DNA of 64,000 nt from Verrucomicrobiota bacterium (GTDB lineage Bacteria > Verrucomicrobiota > Verrucomicrobiia > Limisphaerales > AAA164-E04). This document shows positions 1 through 9,157 of the stretch, piece by piece. The translations under genes and the position numbers were made by a program. The stretch is taken from contig CP170459.1 in the NCBI GenBank assembly GCA_047947115.1, forward strand, positions 2,752,001 to 2,816,000, read 5' to 3'. The notes under the pieces are model-generated. The model made no database searches. It was not told the DNA's origin and saw only the letters and a program-made list of their open reading frames with translations. Numbering within the stretch: position 1 is the first letter of the stretch; the number at the start of each line of letters is the position of its first letter.

Positions 1-1
1 A

Positions 2-637
2 TTGCCTTACCTTTACACTGCTTTTTCCGATTATTATTTCCAGGGCATTCCGCCCATTCGTGCGATGATCCTCGAACAAGGTTTTGACGGAACGGCGGAC
101 CGAATCGTGAAAGGCAAACTCGACAGCGAAACCAATCCATACGCGATGGATCAACGCATTGAAAAGACGGATCAATACATGTTTGGTCCATCCATACTCG
201 TTGCGCCCTTTTACGAAGACCAGGCCACCCAACGAGACGTGCAATTGCCTGCTGGAAACTGGTATGACTTTTATTCGGGCAAACTTGTGGGTAACGGGGA
301 AACGATTTCCGTGTCGGCATCCGATCTGCGGGACAGGATCCCCTTGTTCGTCAAGGACGGAGCGATCATTCCCATGCTCACCCAGCCTGTTGATCGCGCC
401 AAAGAGGCCGTGGGCCATCCACTCGAACTCCGTTGGTACGGTGAAGCACTCGGCCAGGGGCACCTTTACGAAGACGATACTGAGACTTTTGACTACGAAA
501 ACGGCCGGTATCGGCGGCGCATTTTCAAGATGCGCCATGGATCAGACAATGTTCCATCTCTCGAAATCGAAACAATGGGTCAACCTGACCAAAGCTTGTT
601 CGGAGAGATCAACAGGTTTACTCCCATGAGTCGATGA
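2..637 (+). CDS. Glycoside hydrolase family 31 (alpha-glucosidase/xylosidase type), C-terminal part; gene begins before the window
   Basis: GH31 C-terminal motifs PYLYT, DQYMFGPSILVAP, VQLPAGNWYDFYSG, IPLFVKDGAIIP, LYEDD. Confidence 0.85.
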   Translation: MPYLYTAFSDYYFQGIPPIRAMILEQGFDGTADRIVKGKLDSETNPYAMDQRIEKTDQYMFGPSILVAPFYEDQATQRDVQLPAGNWYDFYSGKLVGNGETISVSASDLRDRIPLFVKDGAIIPMLTQPVDRAKEAVGHPLELRWYGEALGQGHLYEDDTETFDYENGRYRRRIFKMRHGSDNVPSLEIETMGQPDQSLFGEINRFTPMSR

Positions 638-707
638 TGTTTGGTTGGCTGGATTTTGAATTCTTAAGAAGTCATGCTGCCGTACGGGTTTTGAAGAGTT
701 TTGGACT

Positions 708-1985
708 ATGAATATCTGGAAAATGATTTTCGGTGAGTTGATCCACCGAAAAGGGAATTTTGTTTCTGCCGTCCTTTCGGTGGGTGGGGCCGTTGCCTGT
801 TTGGTTTCGACCCTGACTTTGCTTCGTATTGATCAAGCCCAGACCAACGCATTACTAGCCCAAAAACAGGCCGCCGTTGAAGCGGCTGGATTGCAGTTGG
901 AAGATGCCATGCGGGTGATCACCAAGGGGCTTGGCTTCAATGTGATCATTCTTCCGGAGGATCAGGACCTCAACGAACTGCACCTGGAAGGCAGTTTGAC
1001 CAGGACCATGCCCGAATCGTTGGTGGAAAAACTGTCCGAATCGGACATTGTCACCGTCAATCACCTGCTGCCCACCATTGTCAAAAAATTGACCTGGCCC
1101 GAGCATGAACTTCCCATCCTGGTTTATGGAACCAGAGGGGAAGTGCCCATCATGCATCGTGATCCCAAGAAACCCTTGTTGGATGCAGTTCCTCGTGATC
1201 AGATGATTGTTGGTTTTGAGATTGCTCAAAAGCTTGGGCTCAAGGAAGGGGAGCAAACGACGTTGATGGGGACGGAATTCACCATCATCAAAACCCACGG
1301 GCAACGCGGCAATCTGGACGACAGCACGGTTTGGCTGAACTTGAAACAGGCGCAGGAAATGTTCGGTTTGCAAAATCTCATCCATGCGATTCAGGCTCTT
1401 GAATGTCATTGCGCCGGTGACCGGATCACGGCCATCCGAAAAGAAATTGCGGGTATCCTTCCCGGTACCCAAGTGATCGAACGAGGCCCTCCCGCACTCG
1501 CCAGAGCCGAGGCTCGCAACACCGCCAAGGAAACCGCCGAAGCCGCATTGGAACGCGAGAAGGCATCGCGAGCCGCCGTCAGGGCTCAACGTGAGCGTAT
1601 GGCATCAATGGTGATTCCAGTAGTGCTCGTTGCCAGTGCCATGTGGATCGCCTTTCTCGCATACGGCAATGTGCGCGAACGACGCGGCGAGGTGGGTGTG
1701 TTGCGTGCGATCGGGTATACATCAGGCAAGATATCCGGATTGTTTTTGGGCAAGTTTTTGATCGTTGCTTTGGTGGGGGCTTTCATCGGTTATGTGGCGG
1801 GTAGTGTTATCGGAGTGGGACTTGGTGAAGGTTACATGAACCTTGGAGCGCTTCAAAACCAGTTCGTCCCAACCGACCTTGCCATTGCTTCCGGCCTCGC
1901 GCTGTTCATATCCACCGTTGGCAGTTGGATCCCTGCCATGATGGCCGTCAAACTGGACCCCGCCGAAATCCTGCAACGGGATTAG
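708..1985 (+). CDS. ABC transporter permease, FtsX/MacB family
   Basis: N-terminal TM helix, large periplasmic region, NVRERRGEVGVLRAIG motif, three C-terminal TM helices ending LDPAEILQ. Confidence 0.85.
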   Translation: MNIWKMIFGELIHRKGNFVSAVLSVGGAVACLVSTLTLLRIDQAQTNALLAQKQAAVEAAGLQLEDAMRVITKGLGFNVIILPEDQDLNELHLEGSLTRTMPESLVEKLSESDIVTVNHLLPTIVKKLTWPEHELPILVYGTRGEVPIMHRDPKKPLLDAVPRDQMIVGFEIAQKLGLKEGEQTTLMGTEFTIIKTHGQRGNLDDSTVWLNLKQAQEMFGLQNLIHAIQALECHCAGDRITAIRKEIAGILPGTQVIERGPPALARAEARNTAKETAEAALEREKASRAAVRAQRERMASMVIPVVLVASAMWIAFLAYGNVRERRGEVGVLRAIGYTSGKISGLFLGKFLIVALVGAFIGYVAGSVIGVGLGEGYMNLGALQNQFVPTDLAIASGLALFISTVGSWIPAMMAVKLDPAEILQRD

Positions 1986-1992
1986 GGGCGGT

Positions 1993-2041
1993 TGAATGGT
2001 GAATAGTGAATTTAGAATGGTGAATTAGTGGTGAGTGGTGA
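1993..2041 (+). repeat. Degenerate heptamer tandem array (GAATGGT/GAATAGT/GAATTTA) just after the permease stop codon
   Basis: tgaatggtgaatagtgaatttagaatggtgaattagtggtgagtggtga; same units as the arrays at 49378, 49673 and 63599. Confidence 0.75.
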
Positions 2042-2110
2042 GGAAAACACCTGAGCGAATCGATCGCCCAACGGAGTGCGGCGTTGTGATCACCGTATTC
2101 CAGACCGATC

Positions 2111-5100
2111 TTACTCAAACCGAATTCTTACGAATTCTTGCTTTTGCGATTCAACTGGTCGTGTGCTGCGATAGATCAGGGTTTCGCGTTGGATTCCCCG
2201 GAGCGTGCCAGTGTGGACGATGCGTCCGGGATCACTGTTCCATGTGATGAGGTCCGGGGAGACTTCAACGACGGCTCGAATATCCGTCACCAAAGGATCA
2301 TGTGTGAATCGAATGGTTAGATAATCACCAGGAGGCTGCATTGTTTCATCAGGTTCGATGCTGAATTGAATGGCTTCTCTCGCATCATTCGGATTCTGGT
2401 CGCTGGTTCCCAGATAGCGCTCTACCATGGCAGCCAATCCATCCTGATCAGCATCTATCGAAGTGTTTGTTGCGCCTGGAGTGCCGCCCTTTGTCGAACT
2501 GGCTTGCCACGAAGCCGGATCTTGAGGATCCATGTCTCCATGAGTGTTCTTGAGCACCAAGCTGAACCCATCGCCATCAGCCGATTCGGGCCATGGAGCC
2601 TTGTCATTGTACCGGAAGGACTGGATCACGATCCCGTCGGCATCCTTCAGAGTGATGGTTTCTCCGTTGTTGGCCAGTGCGGAATCATTTTGAAAAACGC
2701 CTGCGAAGGGAATATCGGGATAAGCGAGCGCAAACTGTTCGGCGTTGCGGACCAGGACCAGGCTGCTGTAGGACTCCATGATAGCGTCATCTGCGAAGTC
2801 GAAATCAATGCCAGCCGTGAACCGGACGCCTGTGAGGGAAAGTGGTTGGCCAGAAAGATTCAGCAGTTCTATGAATTCCAGCGCTTCCGACAGCGAAGGA
2901 TGATACATGATTTCTGAAATGATCAGATGATCAGACGTTGCTGGCGCTTCCAAACGAAAGGAGGTTTCCACCAACGCCGACCATTCCCCTTGATGAAAGG
3001 CTCGTGTCTTCAGCTGGGCCGATTCGGTCAGGACGAGCGAAGAGTCATAGATCTGAGCGGACGTGTTCATGCTGGAGGCGTCCAGGCGAGAAGCCACGAT
3101 TCTGGGGGTAATGAGCAGATCACTACTGGTCAGGCTGGTATTGAGTCCGTGGATGGCCAGGATGTTGGTGCCCGCCACCAGCAGGTCCATGTGGGAGGTG
3201 ATATCAAAAGAGATGAAGGTGGTGGCCTCGTTGTCGGCATGCGAGGTAAGGGCCAGTGAATTCCAGCCGGGGGTTCCGAAAGGCGCGTTCTCCTGTGCGA
3301 CCCGGACGCCGTTCAGATAGGCTATGAAACCGTCATCATACCGCATTTGCAGTTGGAGGGAGGTCATGGATCTCAACGTTGCCGGATCATCCAGTTCGAA
3401 TGGAACCCGGATATAGACGCTGCCATTTTGATTCCGCATTTCCCCGACATCCAATCCGATGAATCCTTTGTAGTCGGATGGAGTCGTTTCATATCCCACA
3501 CCCGTGCGCCCGGTTTTCCAAGCGGCGGTTTCCCGGAAGGAACGTTGGATCCAATCTTCACCCAGGCTGTCATCCAGAGGGATGAGTGCGCTGACCGGCG
3601 CTCCGTCGTTGAGCAGGATGGTCTGGATCAGTTTCGCTTCCTGCCGCGGGTCGGTTCCGTCGATGGTGTAGTAGATGATGCCTTCCGGAGCGTTGATCTG
3701 GATGGGATTGTTGATTGTCAGATGCCCACCCGCAGGTGATATCGTCGGCGCATCGATACCTGGGAAAAGTCCGGCGGATCGCAATTCGTTTACGATGGCG
3801 AACTGGCTGGAGGGATCATGCAGTGTCGGGAGGTAATGGTCGAGGATGTTGTCACGTTCCACCAGCCAGGAATCCTCACGCGTGAAATAAATATCCGGTG
3901 CATGCGGTGCGGGAGGGTAGTGGTCGTGATCAACGTTGGTGCGCGGGCTGGGTTGTTGAACGGAATTACCGTAGGGCGTGCTGGCCTGGGTGTCGCCCCA
4001 GCGGGCCGATTCCGCAACAATTGCCTTGTCGATTTGATTGGCCAGATTGAGGTAACGCTGACGACTTTGGTTCAGACTCAGGGCTCCGTCGTTGAAAAGA
4101 TGTTTTTGAACACGGTCTGCAAACAAGTTTTTGAATGCGGTGCTTTGCTTCAGTTTTTGGAACACACCCCCTGCGCCATCCGCCTTGAAATATGGATTCC
4201 AACTGAACTTGTCCAATGCGATTTCCTGATCCCAGACAAAAAAACGAAAACGCCCGTCACCGGATAAAGGATTTGCCGCTGCGTAACCGTTGTGATGTGG
4301 CCAATCTTCCGCGTCCGCATAAAAGTGCAGCAGGAAATAATCGGAGATGTTTTCCACATCCAGATATTCCTGTATCTCGGCATAACCTTCAGGGGTGGAG
4401 GCGTCGATGCGCGACATTTGATTCCATCTCGTGCCCGGGCTGCCGAAATCTTCGTTGATTTCCCAATCCTCCGGTTCGCCGCCCAGATGAGAGGCATAGA
4501 AATCATCGCCCAATCGTTCGGTCAGGTTATGAAGGCCGAAGTAAAGGCCGTTTACGTAAAGGTGGACAAAGTTACCATAACTCGAAGGTTGACCTAATGC
4601 CCGCATAGATTCCTTCATCCATATATCACGCAAGTATTGCGAATCATTCGGGCGATACCGGGAGCTTCCCCAACTGACCAATCCCCAACTGTCGGTAAAA
4701 CACGCACGCAAGACGAGTTGATTGAAACGTTCGACAGGCGAATCTGGGAACAGAGGGTATTGCAGTTTTGACGCTCCTTGTTCGGATGTGAAAGTGACGC
4801 GCAAGGAATGTTTCTGCATGCGCCAGGGGCGTCGGCTGGAGTTTCCGTGCACTTCGATTTTGCAGTTTTCCTGAAATCCCTTGCTTCCGTCCGGCAGGAT
4901 GTATTCCATCGAGCAGGCCCGTTCAATTCGGCTTTGGGGGATGGCGTAAATACCTCGTCCCGGTTCGATGAATTCGTCCTGATCCATCACGATGGAGACG
5001 CTGGGGATATCCAGCAGGGCATCACGTATCCCGTATCCTGGAAGCGTGTTTTCGACGACACGGGGATCCATTTCATAGTCGGCGGGCACGATGCCACTGC

Positions 5101-6868
5101 CCGCGCCGTCGTTGTTGTTGACCTCGCTGTTGGTTCCCCAATTGTCCGGCCAACCATCTGGACGTGCGGGTTGACGGGCGACATCTTCCACGAAGATGTA
5201 GGTGTGGGTGTCGACGTTGGTTGAAAGCCAGCCGTCGCGATAGGCCATGGCGCGCAGGGTGGTGGTCGTATTGATGGGGATGGGGCCAAGGTAAAGTAAA
5301 CCGTTGGTCGGCGAGGGTTCGCTTCCGTCCATGGTATAACGAATCTTCGCCTGATCGGATTCAGTGGTGATGGAGAGGTTGAAAGGGGTGTCGTAAAACC
5401 CTCGATCCACTGAGAAGCGGGTGTCACCAACCACACCTTCCAGCCCGTTGTCGTTGGCCCGCCCTGGGCTTGGGCGTGTGAAGTAGGCCCATTGTCCCGA
5501 GAGATCGTACCCGTATGAGACATCCTCGAGTTGGTGTGGGTATCCGGGATCCAGGACGAATTCGAATGTCCTTCCATCCGGCCTCACCAAGGCCAGGAAT
5601 TCGCCGGCCGCATTCAGGTTGAAGTTGAAGTGGTAATGCCCCCCCGCGTCGCGGTAGTCGGAAGACGTGATGCCGTCCACTTCCGGTGCTCCTCCATATA
5701 AAACCACGAAACCTCCCGCAGGAATGCGAATGTCCGGGAAAGTCCATTGAGTCAGGTTATCAGGATCGTCCGTGAGATGGTACCCGCGGAGATCGATCGT
5801 TTCTGAAAGTGGATTGTAGAGTTCGATCCAGTCGACCGCGTTTCCGTCACCATCAAAATGGGCGGAACGATCGGAGGCCATGAATTCATTGATGCGCACG
5901 GGTTCGACGAATTCTTCTCCATTTCGAACTTCGATTTGAAGAATGGCTTCGAAGGTTTTTCCACTTTCGGAAGTGGACCGAATGCGCAGCGACAACACGG
6001 TGCCCTGCGGAACAGCGATGAAGCTTTTGCGTGTGACCAGTCGGTCCTGACGGATTTCAAATGACGCATTATGATCATCACCCTTGCCGGAGACCAATGC
6101 ATAAGAAAATTCCGATGCGTTGTTCATGCCCAGAGTACTCAGCGTTCCGATTTCACTGCCGACAACATTCGAACGGTAGGCGATGCGCTGGGGTAGATCG
6201 ATGCCTGTTGGCCCATCGGGAACATCGGTAGGGTCACCCATTTCCATGCCGTTCATCAATACATTGAAATAAGGTCCCGGAGGATTGCCGCTTCTTGCCT
6301 CAATGATGGCCTCGCCTTCCGAATCGGCGGTGATTGAGAAGCGGACTCGATGGTCTTGCAAGGTTTGAGGCTCAGGGTCGTTGCCATTGAAAACAAAGGG
6401 AGTGCCGTTCCAGGTCGATCGCCTTTCATCGCGACTGGACGTGTCGTATCCCCATACCGTAACGGGGTAGGTGGCGAAGGGGATCAAACCGCTGATGAGG
6501 AGATCGAGTCCTTCGGCGGCTCCCAAGCTGCGTGGCACGTAAACAAAATCGCGCCACATGGCCGCTTCGTCTCCGCCGCCATTGATGGTGCGGCGGTCGC
6601 GGGTGTCGAGTGGTTCATTGCCGGCAGGAACCATCTCGAGCGTTATCCCGTTGAAAAAGACCTTGGACCAGGGGATGCCCAGTTCGGTGTCTTCTGCGCT
6701 GATGGACTGCCAACCGGATTGAGTCTCGGTCGCGTGATTGATATCAACAAGCAGCGTGGATGCATGACAAACTCCAGGCCATGGTAAAAGGTAGGCCAGG
6801 AGCGCGGTCAGGCAGGGGAACCAAGGTTTCCAATTGACTGGATTCAATTTGTTTGAGGCTTTATCCAC
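2111..6868 (-). CDS. Large secreted protein: cadherin-like, lamin-tail (LTD), chitobiase/FN3-like and CotH kinase domains, second LTD, C-terminal domain
   Basis: Signal peptide; VRINEFMAS..DWIELYN and IISEIMYHP..EFIELLN (LTD); IRYTMDGSEP; VHLYVNGLYFGLHNLTER, DWPHHN, FFVWDQE (CotH-like); GTG start. Confidence 0.85.
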   Translation of the reverse strand: MDKASNKLNPVNWKPWFPCLTALLAYLLPWPGVCHASTLLVDINHATETQSGWQSISAEDTELGIPWSKVFFNGITLEMVPAGNEPLDTRDRRTINGGGDEAAMWRDFVYVPRSLGAAEGLDLLISGLIPFATYPVTVWGYDTSSRDERRSTWNGTPFVFNGNDPEPQTLQDHRVRFSITADSEGEAIIEARSGNPPGPYFNVLMNGMEMGDPTDVPDGPTGIDLPQRIAYRSNVVGSEIGTLSTLGMNNASEFSYALVSGKGDDHNASFEIRQDRLVTRKSFIAVPQGTVLSLRIRSTSESGKTFEAILQIEVRNGEEFVEPVRINEFMASDRSAHFDGDGNAVDWIELYNPLSETIDLRGYHLTDDPDNLTQWTFPDIRIPAGGFVVLYGGAPEVDGITSSDYRDAGGHYHFNFNLNAAGEFLALVRPDGRTFEFVLDPGYPHQLEDVSYGYDLSGQWAYFTRPSPGRANDNGLEGVVGDTRFSVDRGFYDTPFNLSITTESDQAKIRYTMDGSEPSPTNGLLYLGPIPINTTTTLRAMAYRDGWLSTNVDTHTYIFVEDVARQPARPDGWPDNWGTNSEVNNNDGAGSGIVPADYEMDPRVVENTLPGYGIRDALLDIPSVSIVMDQDEFIEPGRGIYAIPQSRIERACSMEYILPDGSKGFQENCKIEVHGNSSRRPWRMQKHSLRVTFTSEQGASKLQYPLFPDSPVERFNQLVLRACFTDSWGLVSWGSSRYRPNDSQYLRDIWMKESMRALGQPSSYGNFVHLYVNGLYFGLHNLTERLGDDFYASHLGGEPEDWEINEDFGSPGTRWNQMSRIDASTPEGYAEIQEYLDVENISDYFLLHFYADAEDWPHHNGYAAANPLSGDGRFRFFVWDQEIALDKFSWNPYFKADGAGGVFQKLKQSTAFKNLFADRVQKHLFNDGALSLNQSRQRYLNLANQIDKAIVAESARWGDTQASTPYGNSVQQPSPRTNVDHDHYPPAPHAPDIYFTREDSWLVERDNILDHYLPTLHDPSSQFAIVNELRSAGLFPGIDAPTISPAGGHLTINNPIQINAPEGIIYYTIDGTDPRQEAKLIQTILLNDGAPVSALIPLDDSLGEDWIQRSFRETAAWKTGRTGVGYETTPSDYKGFIGLDVGEMRNQNGSVYIRVPFELDDPATLRSMTSLQLQMRYDDGFIAYLNGVRVAQENAPFGTPGWNSLALTSHADNEATTFISFDITSHMDLLVAGTNILAIHGLNTSLTSSDLLITPRIVASRLDASSMNTSAQIYDSSLVLTESAQLKTRAFHQGEWSALVETSFRLEAPATSDHLIISEIMYHPSLSEALEFIELLNLSGQPLSLTGVRFTAGIDFDFADDAIMESYSSLVLVRNAEQFALAYPDIPFAGVFQNDSALANNGETITLKDADGIVIQSFRYNDKAPWPESADGDGFSLVLKNTHGDMDPQDPASWQASSTKGGTPGATNTSIDADQDGLAAMVERYLGTSDQNPNDAREAIQFSIEPDETMQPPGDYLTIRFTHDPLVTDIRAVVEVSPDLITWNSDPGRIVHTGTLRGIQRETLIYRSTRPVESQKQEFVRIRFE

Positions 6869-6892
6869 GCTTTTTGACAGCGGTTTTCATGC

Positions 6893-7171
6893 CTATTTGT
6901 AGGCAATCGCAGCGCTGGCAGGTCCGGCGAGATGTAAGACATCAAAACGACGGAAACCGGCTTCCTGACACCAACCTCGAAAATCAGCTCCGGTGTAGTC
7001 AAACCCGCCACCCGTCTCGATCAGCATGTTGAGAGACATGAGCAGACCGAACACATTTTCGCGGCGTGCATCTTCGATCAAGGACTCGATGGCGATGAGT
7101 AAAGTTTTTGCGTTCCAGAAGGCAAATGCCGACTGCATGATGGGTTCGTGAGTTGCTTCCGTATTTGGCAT
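6893..7171 (-). pseudogene. O-methyltransferase (dimerisation + Methyltransf_2 type) remnant with a large in-frame internal deletion
   Basis: N-terminal [15 protein letters not shown] is joined directly to C-terminal [48 protein letters not shown]; no SAM-binding DxGGGxG motif; only 92 aa. Confidence 0.75.
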
Positions 7172-7262
7172 GGCGGCACATTAATTTACTGCTTTGCCTA
7201 AATCAAACCCGGATGCAAAAGCGTCCAAGGATGGAGCTGCCCCCCCAGGGGCGGGGGGAGTG

Positions 7263-8903
7263 TCAGGGTTTCCATTGGCTGCCGTTACGGAAGATGGTTG
7301 TTTTGGTGATGCTTTTCGGCGGGTCAAAGGTCAGGGGGCTTCTTCCTGCCGCCCACGTGCAGCCTCGCTGGATGAGGTTGGCGGCGTGATGGATTGAGTC
7401 GGAGGAGTGGCCCAGGAGGGTTTGAAAGACACGCCCGTCTCCTACTTCATACGCCCAGGCCATGGGTTCGTCCTTGCCCGTTACTTTGGAGTGGGCGGTC
7501 GCCAATGGGTGGATGGGAGCATCGCCTGCTTGCCGAAAGTAGAGTTCGTCGATCGTTTCAAATTTGTAAAAATTGTTCGTGATGGGGTGTTTGGAGGAGG
7601 TGATTTCCACAGTGAATTCACCATAAGGATCGTGCCCACTGTCGGCTTTGTGGTCCCAGACGCGACGCACAAGTTCACGGTATCCAGGCCAGTCCGAGGA
7701 CTCAGCGCCGGGAAGGGAGTGGTGAAAGGCTCCGTTGCCGAAATGAATGACCGCAAAGCCACCACCTTTGCGAACGTAGTCATCCAGTCGCTTTCTTGCC
7801 TTTTCGTTCCAGCCCGGGCTTTCCCAGTTGCAGTAGTTCATGACCAGCACGTCGTAGTCGGATGGATCGTTCTCCGTGAGCCATTGTTCCGGGCTTTCGG
7901 TCACGTGCGCAATGTTGCGGGGGTCGAGTTCGATGGCGTGTATCAGTGCGGCAGTGGTTTCTTTCCATGGATGTGCCGGGTGGTTGTCGCCGGTCAGGAT
8001 CATGACCTTGAATCGATCTTCAAGCTTGCTTTCGATGCCTTCTTGGGGGGGCTCGTTTCCAGCGGTCCAGGTCACCGCGTTCAGCAGCATTTTGCGGAAA
8101 TCGGATATCCACCAACTGTCATGGAAATGCCCTCCTGTGAAACCGAACCCTCGAGAGCCGTTGTCCCTTTCGATCGCCCAGGCGACGGTGTCTGCTGGAT
8201 CGTCTCCGGGTGGCTCTACTTTCAGGATCGATTGGAGCCTGGGGTCCGCCTCACGGAATTTGACGTTGTAGTAATACTCATCTTTCAGTTTGAAAGGAGC
8301 GACGCCATTGAGCACGGGGTGCCCGGGGGAGGCAAGTTGCACAGTGTCTTCCCAGGTTTGAATCTTTGAAAACCATTTGTTTGCTCCCGGACCGGTTTCG
8401 TAATCGAAGTATCCACCCACCCATTCGGTGATCTCGTCATGGTGTCTGGCCGGGTGGAATGTGGACCAGTGCAGGAGCATGAGTCCGCAACCCCGATCCA
8501 TCTGCTTTTTCAATACCTGAAACCGGTCCTCTCGGTAGAATGGGTGCATGGTTTCATCATGATCACTGCCGTCCGATACCAGTAGAATCAGGTCGGCAAG
8601 TTCCAGAATGGCAGGGTTGGTGGGCCAGCCTTGGTAGTGGGCGGAAATGTTCATGACCGGGGCGTTTGGGGATGTTTCCAGGCAGTGCTTGATCAACGTC
8701 ACCGCCTTTTCGTATTCATGGGCATCCTTGGGGTGGCCCGTGATTGGACCGGCGATCAGGACCACTTGCCTGGGGTATTCTTTGGGGTTTGTAAGCTGTG
8801 CGTTAACGGATGGAACGCTGAGCATCAGGGTGAGAAAAAACCATTTCAGGTAAACGGCCTGTGAACGGAGCAGTCGGGAGCCATGGTGACAAAGTGAATG
8901 CAT
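7263..8903 (-). CDS. Secreted protein with two ThuA-like (trehalose utilisation, class I GATase-like) domains
   Basis: Signal peptide; VVLIAG..H..HEY, DEYYY, GFTGGHFH..W, then ILTGDNHPAHPW, DELYF, GRVFQTLLGH. Confidence 0.8.
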   Translation of the reverse strand: MHSLCHHGSRLLRSQAVYLKWFFLTLMLSVPSVNAQLTNPKEYPRQVVLIAGPITGHPKDAHEYEKAVTLIKHCLETSPNAPVMNISAHYQGWPTNPAILELADLILLVSDGSDHDETMHPFYREDRFQVLKKQMDRGCGLMLLHWSTFHPARHHDEITEWVGGYFDYETGPGANKWFSKIQTWEDTVQLASPGHPVLNGVAPFKLKDEYYYNVKFREADPRLQSILKVEPPGDDPADTVAWAIERDNGSRGFGFTGGHFHDSWWISDFRKMLLNAVTWTAGNEPPQEGIESKLEDRFKVMILTGDNHPAHPWKETTAALIHAIELDPRNIAHVTESPEQWLTENDPSDYDVLVMNYCNWESPGWNEKARKRLDDYVRKGGGFAVIHFGNGAFHHSLPGAESSDWPGYRELVRRVWDHKADSGHDPYGEFTVEITSSKHPITNNFYKFETIDELYFRQAGDAPIHPLATAHSKVTGKDEPMAWAYEVGDGRVFQTLLGHSSDSIHHAANLIQRGCTWAAGRSPLTFDPPKSITKTTIFRNGSQWKP

Positions 8904-9157
8904 GGATAAATTTTTGGCGAAAAGTGTGGCGAATTGCCAGATGTTTGTTATTGCTTGTGCGTTCCGCCGATCCTGGTTCGTTGTTTCTGTGATCTTGACA
9001 GCGGGGCACAGGTTGTCGTTTGCTTCGGTTTCCTGTTCTTGTTGTATCCTTTTCCTGACGTATCTGTTGAGCCTGTAGGGAATGCTGTTTCGATGGCATT
9101 GCCGCGGTTTTTGTATGCCCCTTTGGGGAGATTTTAACTTTTGATTTTTAAAGCGCT

